In this document: piece by piece, positions 1 to 14,100 of the stretch
Numbering within the stretch: position 1 is the first letter of the stretch
How the letters are laid out: each line of letters starts with the position of its first letter
Translations under genes and position numbers: made by a program
The notes under the pieces: generated by a model
Told to the model about the DNA's origin: nothing
The model's input: only the letters and a program-made list of their open reading frames with translations
Databases searched by the model: none
DNA from: Balanoglossus misakiensis
Taxonomy: Eukaryota; Animalia; Hemichordata
Length of the DNA stretch: 64,000 bases
Direction of reading: 5' to 3'
NCBI GenBank assembly: GCA_040954595.2
Contig: CM082577.2
Location: 8,705,846-8,769,845 of the forward strand

Positions 1-721
1 GTCAGAGAGAGAGAGGGGGGAGGGGGATTGGGGGACACAGACAGAAGGGGGAGTTAGTTGTGAGGCATTGAATGTGTCTGAAAATATTGCCTAAGCTCTG
101 CTGTACAAAAATTAAGTTCCAGTTCAGTGAAGAAAAATATCATGCCACAGCCTTCATAGTTTTTATATTCCCAGAGTTTCCAAACCTGCATGTTGTTCTA
201 GGGAATGTTAAACTGAAGAAACTGTAGATTTGCCCTTTGCCCTCTGCTAGAAAAAAGTCAATGAACAAGCTCGCTTTGAGAACTTTCATGTTCTGGCAAA
301 TAACTCCCCTATGGTGAATCCCTATGCCATTCATGAATACAAAATATTGTTTACAACTAAGTATAGGATCAACACTGTTGAACTAAAAATGTCCCCTCCA
401 TAGTCAGACCCTTTCACGCAGACACTCAAAGCATCCATTCAAGGTTACATTTGTACCACGCGTTCAAGGACATCAGAAATCCTAACAATCAGCATCTCAC
501 TGTATTATCTGGAACAAAGACGAAATGACAACCATAGCGGCCAACGTCAGCCATGTTTTTTTTAATTCCTAAAAATATCCTACTGAGTGACAGGGTAGGG
601 GTGCTCTTGTATCACTTCACATTTCAAGGCAATAATTCTCAACAAACAAAGATCTGAAAAATAACAGGATTATTCCATGAACCTTTTTTTGTGTTGAAGA
701 ACAAAGAGAGAGTACAATTAC

Positions 722-3700
722 CCTGAATGCTGTCAGTAGATCCAAAAACAAGTACAACATTTCAACAACAGTGTCTTCTTCCCTTGCACTCTGCAGAACA
801 GAAAAACAACAAGCAATGGATGAATCCTCAACCAATTTTAGTGCGATATAGAAATATTAAGGAAAGGTTTTTCTTATTCTGTCACTCAACTGTGGAGTGA
901 CTTGTCGCTGAAATTAAGGGGCGTTGATTGTCTTATGTGCATGTGCCAAACCAGAGACTCTACAGTCTCTGTCGGAGATCGTGAAAAGAAGGGACAAAAC
1001 TAAAGTCTACTTATACAGTGCACACGAAATACAGAAGGAAGTGAAGGCAGTCCACTATTTGAATGTGTCGAACACAAAATTTCCAGAACATTTGGATTGG
1101 TCGTAATGTTTGTACACATGAAAATACGCACATGCGCATAAGACGATAGTTGGCCTTTAAATGGTTCTTACCTGTTGAGCACACTTGTCGGCTATGCCAG
1201 CAAACTCGACAGAGAGAGTCTTGAACCCTCGCTTGAGCTGTGGCCACGAGTCATTGTTACCACATGCCCAGGCAGAGGAGGGTTGGTTTTCGTTGGCCAG
1301 GCATGTCAGTTCTTTACACATCTGCAGCATATCACTGGCTTGTTCTGAAAATGAAATGAAATGAAAGCAAGGGTTTGTAGCTGTATATCTGGAGTAGAAT
1401 TTGGCTCCACGGTTGGGGGAAAATGACAATTTGCATGTCTGTATATTTATCAGTTAACTTATTGTATGAAGGCCGGTGGCCTAAGATACTGAAATAAATA
1501 TATATATAATGACAATTTAATGGAGATTGGTGAAATTAGCTGATCGACACCGCATGCAGGGGAGATAGCCATTTTGATGACCTCTACACGACCTTACATC
1601 CATCATCATAGGCATGAATCCATCTGTCGTATTCAAAACTCTTTACCCGCATTTCTAATTATTGAATTCTGCACTAAATTAACCACAGTCACTCATTTTC
1701 ATGGAAAACTTCACATTCTTTTCCATCAAATGAATTTTGATGGCCGAATCCCACTGAAAATACAAGGAATTGACCACACCAACCAGTAAATTGAACCAGC
1801 ACATTTCCAACTCACCAGCAGATCTCCTCGCCATCCTCTCTGCGACGTCTTTCATTTTCAAAAGAGAAATGTGTATGGTACGGATTTGTTCTTTGCTGTT
1901 TCCAAACTGTAGCTGCGTATCCATAGGAACCAAATCCTGTATAGTAGGCGAATCATGTCAAAGTTCACGGGTCAGAGGTCTTTACATTGTACAGTACGGT
2001 GTGGAAACGAGAGTGAATGTCTCTAATAGAAAACAAATTTTCCATTCCAATGGCACTGCCTGCACACACACTGAAATTTCACGTCAGAACTTAAACCTGA
2101 TATCATACGGGCATGTGACAATCCAAGCAGTTTTTCTGACATGCTGAGACTTTAGTATAAACGACTAGTACTGCCATGATAATAAATCCTGTAGCCATGT
2201 AGGTAGTCAGCACCAGATCATAGTTCTCACCTTTGCTGTTGCAGCTAAATTACTTGTCATAAATTCATCAGGAATGCCCCGAAATAATTCTTTTATTTTA
2301 TGTTGCATATCCTGAAATAAAAATAGTTGTAATAAGATACACTAATAAGCAAGTTGAGCGCACCCCCACGCACCCAATCTGAGTTACATAAAAACCTGCG
2401 TGCACACACAAGACACAAATAAACACAAATATATCCAAATTCATCTTTCTCATTCCCCGTACTTACCGACCCTTGAAAAGTGAAGAAAAACTTTGCAATG
2501 TTACTTTGATGTATAGTTGGATGTCTGGCAACTAGAGTAAGAAACCTACGTAGTGACTTCCTCCTGGCCTCAATGAATTCACGATCAACTGCAAAAGGAA
2601 ACATCCGGATCAAATTTACAGTCTGAATATTGACTTATGAGCAGGTCCCTACGATATCACTTGTCTATGCCAAAAGGCCACAAGGTCTCTGTTGCTGCAA
2701 CCACTCCATATCTGAGCTCTTGATAACCTCTTATTATTCAGGACCTGTCCTGTCTTTTTTTTGAACTCTCCAACATTGTCTTAAATATTATTGAAGAGAT
2801 GGTATGGAATGATCTCATAACACATGTGACATCAAATCGATCAATCAAATCTACAGTGTGACATCTACCAAACTGCTGGCAAACACATAAACTGATAACT
2901 ATATCAATACTTGATATTTTCAAAGGTCAGCATTCTACAGAGCCATGGAACGAAAAGTGATTTCCTGCCCTTGCCACATGATTGATATCAGGCTTTCTAA
3001 ATTTAGCTCATACTTTCCTTCGGGGGGAAAGCTAGGTTAAGCTTGAGTCTGGGTAAAGAATTATCCCAGTAACTGATGGGATTTTCAGGAAATATTTCAG
3101 TATATTTTTAACACAAGATTTCAAGCTCTACAAGTATTAAGTTTTAAACAATATAATAATACATGTACTCTTTGAATTAGTTTCATGAACATTATTCAAT
3201 AGTTGTAGTCATGATATGTCCAATTTCAGTTAAGTAGGATTGATTATGGCTGGAGACGCAGAAGTCTGGTTGCGCAGACTTGTGCCGTTCCGACTGCGAT
3301 AGTGGCTTAGCAAATCTTATTCAAGTAACCGTGGAGTAAGCAATTGGGTTTATTTTAAACATTACTATTTGCAGAGTCAGAATTTGACACAAATCTTCAT
3401 TCTGGGTATGAGAACGTAATGTTGACAAAGAGAGTGTAATATTTTTGATGAAAAGTTTCAACGTACACACTGTGTCCTGACAGTGGACAAACAACCACAT
3501 ATCAAGACATGTTCTTGTTGAAAGAAGCTTAAAAACTCACCTCCCAGCATTTTTTTGGGCGGAAGTCTCGGTACAAGACGATACGGATACCTCTGAAGTA
3601 GAACTTCTTGAAAAGCTACAAAATCGTTGTATCGCCGCATCACCGTACTTTTGTAATACTGAAACAGAAAGCCAAAAAGCAGCAAGTTTTGAGCACATTC

Positions 3701-6700
3701 ATGAGGAAATGAAAAATTCTTGTGACAGGCAATCAAGAAAACATAAAACTTTAATATCACAAACTCGTGAATTCCACAGAACAGAACTTTCCAGAAAGCC
3801 AATTGCCAAGATTTTAATTAGAACACTTTGGGTAATTGAGAAATGAACCATCCATATACAGACACAACCTTTTAAAATACATTCCAAGTTAACCGGTGTC
3901 ATTTTAGCAACGTTCTTACACCAAATACAAAATTACACACACACACACACATAGGCGCAATCAATCTATGTCTGCAGGGACTTAAAACTTTGTACTCCCC
4001 CCAAAAAAAACAGATCTGTACTGCACATCGATGATTATTGACATACTGTGCATTACACATTATACTCATAATTCAGAAGCGTCAGCCATCTTTATCTAAA
4101 TAAATAACTCGTATCTAAATAAATAACTCGTAAATTACACACATGAATCATATCTTTTCAAATTAAAGTCTGACCGGAACGAGTAACAGATATACATGTC
4201 AACAGATGTCCTTTGTTTGCACCACAGAGTTTTGCCTTCAAGATGAAAGTGCACCTTGAAGTGAGATGACTTTTTAATACATCTAGGAAAGAACATCGCA
4301 ATAGACAGCAAATTGTTAACATTGCCTTCTATGGTTTATTTATAACAGGAGAGACCTCTGCAATGGTACACAATTGTTCTATTTTTACCGAGCTTTACTT
4401 ATAAACAGACGTAACAATTTCAACAGGTGGGAATTTTGCCCCCACAGGGTTTCAATTTGCGACCTACGACCTTTGACCCTCTCTCTACTAACAAACAAGA
4501 CAGCAGAGAGGAGAGAATTCAAAAGCGGGTCTAAATTATTAACAACTGAAGTATACCCTCCATTTATTCAACGCCACAATACATCAAATCTCTCATAAAT
4601 TTTGCTTCGGTCAAAATGTTGTACACATTTTTGCCCGAGGCCGACAGCATGAGAAGCCATGCATTTCGCAGTGTGCTAATAAAGCTCATTGAAGAACACC
4701 GAATCCTTAGAATACCATGACAACCAACCCATCTGAATTGAAATAATTATGACTGATCAGAGACAGATCAGCCTAGGCCTGCAGGTCATAATCAGATTCA
4801 GATTTCTATTTATTGTCAGTGGGGATGACATCATCTGAAATTCATTACTGCAGGAAGTGATAGGGTATCTCTACAGCCCAATCCTAAAATAGCTTTATGT
4901 AACTGAATCACACCATGTTTTCCATTGTCTGGTATTGAAGATTGTGTTTCTTTCCCCGCTGAGCTCATATATTTGTATTGTTTATACAGTCACATAAATG
5001 CTATACTTTATAAACATCTAATATTCCCTCTTTGCATTGTGTTCTGGTTTCACATGCAATACTGTGCCTTGAGCAATAAAACTCAGACGAACAAAACATG
5101 CTAGCGACATCACTGATAATTTTCCAAAAAATTGATGTAGGTACATGTCAGGCAAATTGCACACAGCTTAGACTTCAAAAATCTCACGATTCCTCGATCA
5201 ACATCATGCACTAAAGTGAAATGAATTTCTGATGAAAATAAAATAAAGAGGTGGTCACCTTGAACACGTAGCCAAAAGCAGAGGTCAAACGTGAAAGAGA
5301 TGGGAATACAAATTTTTTACTTGTGATCAGTTGCATGCATGATTTCCTTTCAGTTTCCCTATACATAACTTGCACAGAAATATAATTTATAGAAAAACAA
5401 ATGCTGGCAGTTTATTGAACTTTATACCCACCAAGGATACTTTGATGTAATTACTAATACATTTTCATTGATTACATCTGTTAAAAGAATAAAATTTTGA
5501 TATTTGATATTTTGATTGATACTAAAGCATACTTCACTGAATTGCAGGTCATTGAAACACTACTCTCCAAATAGCTTCTAAGGCATGACGTACAGTTATA
5601 ATTCATTTTTTTGTGTTTATAACAAAAGATGTTGTCATCGTATTAAGACAACCCCAATAAATCTATCAGCGTGTATATAAAACAAAATAATTCAAGTAAC
5701 ATTAGGCTCCACATCACTGACTAAAAAAGACCCATGAATCTATCCAAATGTCCAATTTAAAGCTGGCCTTTTCCTCAGCTTTTCATTGAGTAAAGAAACA
5801 ACACACACATGCACTTGTTCACATAAACACAACCACATCCCCTGCGAAACATCCTCCCAACCCCCGCATTCCCCTCCACTCACTCCTCACCATACCCCAT
5901 TTGCTCTCAAAAAGACACCATAGAAAAACAAATCCATTCAACTACCCTGAACAGAACAGGCAACAAGTAATATTCAGAGAAACACAGCAAATTCTGTCGT
6001 GCCCTGCTACAACTTATAACTCATCCACAAGCCACGCACACTCACCTGACTAGTGACTTCATATTCGTTGTGTTTTAAAAGAATGCCTTTCTTTTCGGGT
6101 GCTAGTTCTACTTTGATTGTGTCTAGTTCACATAACTCTTGATAGCCGTAGCCCAGTAAATTGGGGTTCTTGTCCCTTCTAATCTGAATGCTGAGCGACT
6201 TCAAGTCCGACAGGTCACCCAGCGATGGTTTTGGTAATTCTGAAATAAAACAGAAATTGGTGTTGGCAGGATGGGATCAGGGGTGGTAGATCTCTAATAG
6301 AAATTTATACTTAACTAAACTTACAAATCATTCAAAAACCCATGTACTGAATGAATATCATGGTACTGAGGCAGTCTATACTTTGGAATGGTTGATGTTA
6401 CCATAGCGACAAACTCATTCTTGTCAATTATCACTGAGAAGTCAACCATGTACTTGTAGACAAAAGGTTGAAATTTCAGAATCACTTTTGCAAAACATCA
6501 CCCTAATGACCTTAATCACACCAGGTGGTAAGACCACACACTGCTGAACAGAATCGGCTGATTGGTTGACACCATATGCCAGCCGATGTCAAAATTCAAT
6601 TTGTGACGCCACAAAAAAAAATTGATGAATGCATGTTTTGATGATCCAGCAAACTTGCTGAAAAACAAGCCAGAGTTCATGAATATGGATTTTCAGTCTC

Positions 6701-9700
6701 ACTTCTGTAGAATGTCAAGATATTATCAATCTGCTTTATGTTTTACCTATGACGTGCATGTCTCGTGCTGTTCCAGCAAGAGTATTGAATTCAAAGGCAA
6801 TAAATCACTGACAACTGGATCTGGAACCACATACCTTGATCTGAAAAAGTTTCAAGCATTTTTTCATTGATTGATTTGCCTTGTTGTGCCAGGGCTGTCA
6901 GAGCCAATGCCTTGTAGAGTCCATTCCTTGTTAGATATCCCTGCTTATTGTCAACCGCATCCCAAATCTACAAGATAAAATTAAAAAAACATTGGATATA
7001 AGTAGACAGACTCACACTTGTTGTTGATGGCACAACTTTATTTCTGTCAACTGCAAAATATACACCATGTTTCTTTGAATCAATGCTACTGTAATGAGAG
7101 GCACTCATTCACACATGCTTTGGAATACACATACGGGTGTCAATCACGATCATTCTGAAAAGAAAGCCAAACAAATCCAGTCGTACATAGTCAATTATTG
7201 ACTTTTCTTCAGCATGTGCGACCAACACATGTGTCAAGCCAGCAAGTCCAATGTCCACATATTTTTTTCCCGCCTTTTTTGTCAATTATACTTATCTTAC
7301 ATAGAGCTGAAACGGTCATATAATATTGAAGATACAATAATTTTTGTAAAAAAAAAAAAATCTGCCTCAAAAACAGTTCCACAGTTTCTGTTATAAAACA
7401 ACAGCTGTACATGTGTTCAGTTCGTGCAACGTGTCATTTTTATGGCTGTCTATGAAGGATAGATGTTAGTTGGGTTGATGGCAAGTGTTGGGGGAGAGGT
7501 TCAACGATTCAGCAAATTGACCTTTTTGGTCTGACCTCCAATCTATCATGTAGGAATACGACAATATGGTTATAAATGTGGAAATAGCAGGACAGAACAT
7601 GAGAGATGAAGAAAATAAATGGTTGATTTCCGTGATAGAATTCACAGTAAAGTATTTTGTTTATTTTAATGCAGAAACTTTGGCAATATCATCTCACATA
7701 ACATCAAATCATTTATAGTTTTACTCATTCATTTCATTGGGAAAATGTACCAAAACGAGTATTGACCTTCTATTTTGCAATATTGTATCTTCAGTGCAAA
7801 TGAAACCAGTAATGTTCAAATAGACAATTACTTGTCTGACATCACTGATCCATAGCAATGGGTGTTGATTTCTCTATATATAAAGCCCTTTCATGTAAAA
7901 TCTTGTTTTCAGGTTCATTCAAATCTGGAATTATGAACCAGACAACATTCACAGATCTTCAAACTGACATTTGCAAAAATAATTTCTTTTTTCAACAAAC
8001 AAGCTAGTGGACATTTCTGCTTAGACACATTAAAAGGCCAAATTAATTTGTATCAAATTGATTCGCCACAGAATGAATTTTAAAATGAAAGCAGAATTTG
8101 AGCTAAAAATGGTCAAATTAGAAGGTGTGTCCAACGCAGCCTCTTTAACTGCTTTCTACAATCCTCTCTCTGTGTAACAAGAGAGTCCTCTGAGACTAAA
8201 TTTCTGCAGCACCCAATGGGATGAGGTGCTCTATAAACACATATATACACACACACCCCTTACATTAAAATCAACTACCCACTTCAGTGTCAATAAACTT
8301 TTGTTTACAAGCAGCCTTGCAAGTTCCTTGGCTGTTGTTGTGTTTTCTTGTTGTCAAAAATAGGTTGTGACCTACAACACAATTGTTCATATTCACTTTA
8401 TTTCTGACTGGAGTTTGTTAAGTCTTTTATTTTCTAATTTAGACACCATCAACAATGGTAGTACAGGAGATAATGTTTATGCGATGCAAATTCATTCACC
8501 AATAACAATGCAATTACAATTCGCAGACATAATTACAACAATCAATCATTTTTCCAAAGCCGATATTTACGCAAACAAGTAAAAAAGTCATTACCGATAA
8601 GTTACATTAAAAATATTGCAGTAAATAATTAATTGATCAATTGAACTGGATTGTAATGGCATTTAAATTAATTAGATCACAAATACATATATTATGTTGT
8701 CAATAAAGATAATTACACATAACTGTTTTCCTGTATTTTTACTACAGCTGAGGACTACAACCCAGTGTTTTCTTCATGATTTGACCCTCTTTTGCAGTAA
8801 TTGAGGACAAGGTACAATACTCCACTCCCAGTGTATTTACATAAACAAGCACATGGCAACTGATAAGAAATGTATGTAAACCAAGTTTAAGAATAAGAGT
8901 AGCAAGATCCTGCAACTATTACTCCTACAGCCATTATATTCCTAAATGCTATTGTAGTGAAATAAACTTTGAGGGAAAAATTATTTGGCTAAAAAGTCTG
9001 ACGGATTAAAAAAAATTGTATAATGAATACGATAAAATATAATTTCAAAACTAAACATATACAATGTTTTGACAGACTGGATACTAGCTGCAATAATTGT
9101 AGCCCTGGTGGGTGGGTTAATCGCTGACGGGGGGGGGGGGGGGGGGGGGGTCTTGATCGCTGTCGGCCCCAAGGCTACAATTATTGCAGCTAACTGGATA
9201 CTAGCTCTGTTTTATTCCGAAAACCGACACAAAAAAACGTTAATTGGTGTACATTGTTTCCATTAGACATCTACATTGGTATTCTAATGCCTGAAATCTA
9301 GTTTATATTCAACCAAACCGTAAGGGGGTGTGTCTGCAACTTGTCCTAACCTAATTCGGCACTGTGAACTCCAGACTTTGCATCCAAACAGCTATGTCGA
9401 GGGGTAAAACACCGTGTAGTGGTGTTCAAATTAACGCATTGTTGAATAAATGAAGTCGACAATAATTTAGATCCCCGCCCACTAGAATGCAACACTTGTT
9501 TCCAAATACAACGTGGACGAACGTGTGTCGATATCACGATATCAAACGGGACTTTCATTCAACCTGAAGTGAAGACGCGTTAATAAAGACGCGGATCGGT
9601 ATGGACAGGCTCTTTTTTTCTTTTGCAGAATGCATTTGCGGGCTATGTGGAATGCGTCTGTCGGAAAGCAAGACAATATATCAACAGTTGTCAAGTTTCG

Positions 9701-10168
9701 CAAATTAGAGAAATATTTGGGCGACTACGCCGAACCTCGCCGGGAACGAATGCACGGCTCGCTGCTGGGGCATGAAACTGACCACCAATGCTGTTTCAAA
9801 ATATTCTATAATGAAACCACAATAACTGGACAGTCAGGCAACCCACCAAACCATAGGAAACACTGGAGATCGGCAGATCGGTGCGTGCATCACGACTTAC
9901 CTCTGAAAGTGTCTGTTTTGGTAAACTCGATTTCATCAACAGTTTGACGAACATGTCTCGATCAACCTTGCTCTCTTGGCTGGGGCAGAGGATGTTGTAT
10001 ACCTCCCGATAATACGGCGGCACCGAACCTGTAAAGCGACCGAGAGTAAGAGGGGCTCATTGCCAACGAATGCAAATCGTTACTAAAATCGAATAAGCGA
10101 AGGGAGAGAAGGAAATGGCGACGGAAAGTGGCTAGGTCACACCTACCAAAGCTCAGGTCGGTAGCCAT
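722..10168 (-). CDS. SNX8: Sorting nexin-8 (PX-BAR, Mvp1 family) with N-terminal EH-like extension; 3' exons lie beyond the left edge of the window
   Basis: Ten exons, all GT-AG and frame-consistent (1161 nt, 387 codons): 10168-10147, 10028-9901, 6967-6835, 6239-6046, 3658-3541, 2588-2467, 2311-2231, 1936-1816, 1344-1172, 790-722. Translation has [26 protein letters not shown], the PX core [52 protein letters not shown] and BAR-region [11 protein letters not shown] / [16 protein letters not shown], all recognisably like vertebrate SNX8. Confidence 0.93.
4093..4130. repeat. 19-bp tandem duplication
   Basis: TATCTAAATAAATAACTCG repeated twice in an SNX8 intron. Confidence 0.8.
9085..9192. mobile_element. 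108-bp MITE with TAG..CTA termini and 9-bp TSD (AcademH-like)
   Basis: Perfect 20-bp TIR TAGCTGCAATAATTGTAGCC / GGCTACAATTATTGCAGCTA; direct repeat ACTGGATAC at 9076-9084 and 9193-9201; central poly-G run. Confidence 0.8.
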
Positions 10169-11152
10169 CTTGGTGTATATGGTTGCTCACGTGATACTCG
10201 GCACACTCCTACTAACCTTTGACCCAAGATAAACGAAAGTATTGGATTACAGCGGTGAAACTGACCACAGGGGGCGGAACTCGAGTTCCCTTTTTGTTTG
10301 TATCTTTAGGTAGTTTTCTTTAGGGTTTGTTTGTTTGTTTGTTTGTTTGTTTGTTTGTTTGTTTGTTTACAAATGTTGTCAACAAATCCTCACAAATCTT
10401 TGGAATGTGAAAAAGCTTCTGGTCCTCGAAATATTACAAAAAAGAGACGCTTTAGTTTACCAATCTTTCATCGGTTGGTTTGTGTGAGAAATCACAGGTT
10501 ATTCTGCTAACTGACATTTTTCAATTATTGGTCATAAGGAACACTTGTAAGTAAAATTGAGAAAGGAAAAATAACATTGTTTGTTTAATAGTTTTGCCAA
10601 ATATTAAACAAATTCCACAATTAGATAGAACTCTAATTTCTGATTTTTTCCTTTGCAGTTGTTTTTTTCTATGGCAGAAATATGCTCTGTCAGTATCAAA
10701 CATGCTAAAGCTTCTCTTTTGGGACCTATTGGCAATATGTGAATAAAATGCTTTCTCAAACATTGCTACTTTTAATTGGATGACTGAATAAAATAAGCAG
10801 ATTTTGCTTCAATTTATTCTCAGTTTGTATGATCATAGTACCACACCGTCCATCGCGTCGCGTTGCTACGTGTATGATGAAACGCGCTCTGCGGTAAAGC
10901 CTTGTGATATCGCAAGATCACGCGAGATTATGTAAATCACATACTTGTCCTCATCTGTTTGGGAACTCCAACAGCAACATGGACTAGTGTGCGATGCTGT
11001 AGTATCGAGAGTAGGAGACGCCAAAATTACCGAACAGAGCGAACTGGAACATAAAGCTACTACTCCGAAGATACGGCACGGTCACACAGACCGTCAGATT
11101 TCACTGAAAGCGGGTGGAAGCCCGTCAATATTTCGCTGGAGTCTTTGTAACC
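10169..11152. promoter_or_regulatory. Divergent promoter region shared by SNX8 and IQCE
   Basis: Start codons ~1 kb apart on opposite strands; locally CpG-enriched; E-box TCACGTGA at 10187-10194, GC-box GGGGCGG near 10270, YY1-like GCCATCTT overlapping the SNX8 ATG. Confidence 0.6.
10325..10368. repeat. (GTTT)n microsatellite
   Basis: About 11 GTTT units in the SNX8/IQCE intergenic region. Confidence 0.9.
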
Positions 11153-14100
11153 ATGCCGCAAATTGAGGTCGGTGTATCCCTTTGCAAAGTGACAGTCCCA
11201 CACTCCCTCAAGTGTTCATGTCACTCATTGTGTTGTGGGGTAGGGCCGGTCTAGTAACGGTGTTAGGTTCCTTTATGTTGCAACGTAAACAGAATATATC
11301 AACCCCTTCGCGTTTATATTTGCTGGAAAATAATGTTTGATGTGTGCGATGCAAAATTTTACAACAATTGTAAGATTCTTGTTTATAAATGCGAGTTCCG
11401 TTGTATTGATCTGAAAATAAAAGGTTATCCACTGTGGTGTAACTTTTATCGATCGAGCTCGGTAAAATTTCGAAAGTACTACCGTAAACCCCTGTAACAG
11501 TTATAGTTCATGACATGTCTCTCACCCTGTTTATTTTGAAACATGATTTGTTTGTAAATATTGTTTGTTTGGATAATGATGTACATATACACACACACAC
11601 ACTTATAAACACAGTTATATAAAGTGTTGTGTCCAATTACATGTAAATTGGTTAAAAGTCATTGGTTAAATTTAACTAACGAGAAGTAGAATGAAAAAAT
11701 CTTGCCCTGGTAATTAATAAGCAACACTTTTGTATTGTTGGGATACTGTTGAAGTATGTCAGGGCACATAACTCAGGGTCATAATTTGATATTTGGTCGT
11801 TTGCTATTGTATATTTCTCTTTTAGGACCTGTCTCCTGAATCAGAAGAAGAGATTGATTTGACGACACCCAAAAGGAAATCTTCCAAAAAGAAGAAAGGT
11901 ACATTACAGTTTATATAACCACTTTTCTCTTTGATCTTCTCTATACAGGCATTAAAACCTGTCTAAACCCGGGACCAATAGTGGAATCTGCTTTGACATA
12001 AACAGGTCCCTGTCTAATCTGGAAACCTGTCTAATAAACTGTTGAATATCAATATTTTGTCACAAAAAGTTGACTTTTCCCCTCAACAACTACCATTGGC
12101 GATTCATCAATGTGTACAAAGCATATGTATCGTACAAAGTGTCAGTTTTAGACGCTGTATCTTTTGTCAACTCAACTCTGCTATGATTGTTTGTTGTTTT
12201 GTTTGTAGGTTCACCTTACATGACCACAAAAGGATATCCCAAGGGGAAGAAACCTGTTGACACCAGAGGAAAAACAGCCAGAGACTTTTGGATTGACGGC
12301 ATGAGAAACGGAACAGGGTGTAAGTAAATTCTAATGAAAGTCAACAAATTGTCACCCATCTTCTCAAAAAATAGTCTTGGTATTTAAATTTTGCTTTTAT
12401 TCAGTGATTTAGATAAATGGAGCAATGTTTAGCTGCCAACTGTTAATTTTTTGAGAGGAATATGGAAGAAGAAAAATCATGCTGATTAACTAGAGAATTT
12501 GCATTGAAATACTATAGTATCTATGGCCTGGTAGTTTTAAATGCAAGAATCTATTCATTGCCTTCAATACACGTTTCTTAAAATAATTTGAAAAAAGTGA
12601 AAAATAGCAAACCTATAAGATTGAATGGATGATTCCACTAAAATATTGTCAAATTTTACTGAAAATGTAAAGCATGTACTAACATTTCCGTGAGGTATTT
12701 TTTGGACATATTGCCATCAATGCATGCCTCTGTAGTACACCAGTCTGTGAGACCTGTATTACCATGACATACCTGGCCAGTCTCAAAAGCTTTGCGTAAG
12801 ATAATGTAAACATTAATTAGGATGTAAATTCAGGCATTCCCTTTTGCAATAAATTGCATGAATGGTAAACAAAACAACCTTCTGCTATCTTCTTTCCCAG
12901 ATTCTCAAAGTAAGTGAAGATAATGTGATACTAACAATTGTATCGTTCTGGGTATTGTGGTATAGTATGATCATATGCATGAAAGCTAAAATTTATTTGT
13001 TTATGTAGCTCTGTGTGTAGCTGCATGTTTTTAACCCTTTCACCCCCATTTCCCTATGTAGAGGTCCAACTTTACCATAAAAAACAATGGATTTGGACCC
13101 AATCATGGTGGTGAAAGGGTTAAACTTATTTTGTCTTTACCAGAGATATAATAAGTGGCGTTTCTACAAAATCTTTCAATTCTAATTTAAAATCTGAAAT
13201 TGTATTTATTTATTGTCAAATTGTACTGTTAACTGTTAGTGACACAGGCATTTTGTTTGACCTATCGACACTCAACCAGAATGGTTGCAGTCCATACAAT
13301 CCAAAATATATCTGCATTATCGGATTACGACCAGTTAATCTTGCACACCTGTAGTCCATCAGTTGTAAAAAATTACAGACCGTTTTATGCAATGTGAAGA
13401 TGCCATTTGAGAACTGTAGTAAGATACATGTACTGGTAGCTTGATTAGTTGGTACTATTTAGTTTCACTGTTTTGATGTTGTGTTGAATAATACCAGTTT
13501 CATTTCGTCTGAGATTTTCAGCTTCTACTCTTCCAATATAAGAGTGACTTCTGTTTTCAATGCATGCCTGGGTTTGATAAACTCTATCTTATTCTTGTAT
13601 TAGATACTCTTTTTTCACATGTGTGTTATCTTTCTTTCTACAGTTTTTACTTTGAATAGAGAGAGGAATAAATTCTCATAATTTGTCTCGTCAAATGGTT
13701 ATTGCAATTCAAGAAAGTGCTTTTTTCTTAAAGCTGCTTATTAGAATTCAGTTTAACCTTAGGCCTGTGAGGGTCTATGGATTATTAAAGTGAGCTATAT
13801 GTTTCATCCAATGCTTTGTTTTGTTTGTGTTGTAAAATCTTGGCAACAAATTGCAGTGGTTTGTTTTGTTAGTGTTTGGAATCATCACTGTACTTTTACA
13901 TCCGACTCATTTGTTGATAATTTTTGAATTTTTTTGACAGATTTGACGACACAGAGCAGTCCTACCATCAAGAGACCAAAGTCTGCTGGCAAAACTTTTG
14001 ATGGAAGTCGGACTTTGGGGGACTACGATGGCATGCAGAATGGAAGTGAGTGTTTCTCTCAAAGATACATGGCTCTTCAGACTTGGCACTTATATACTCA

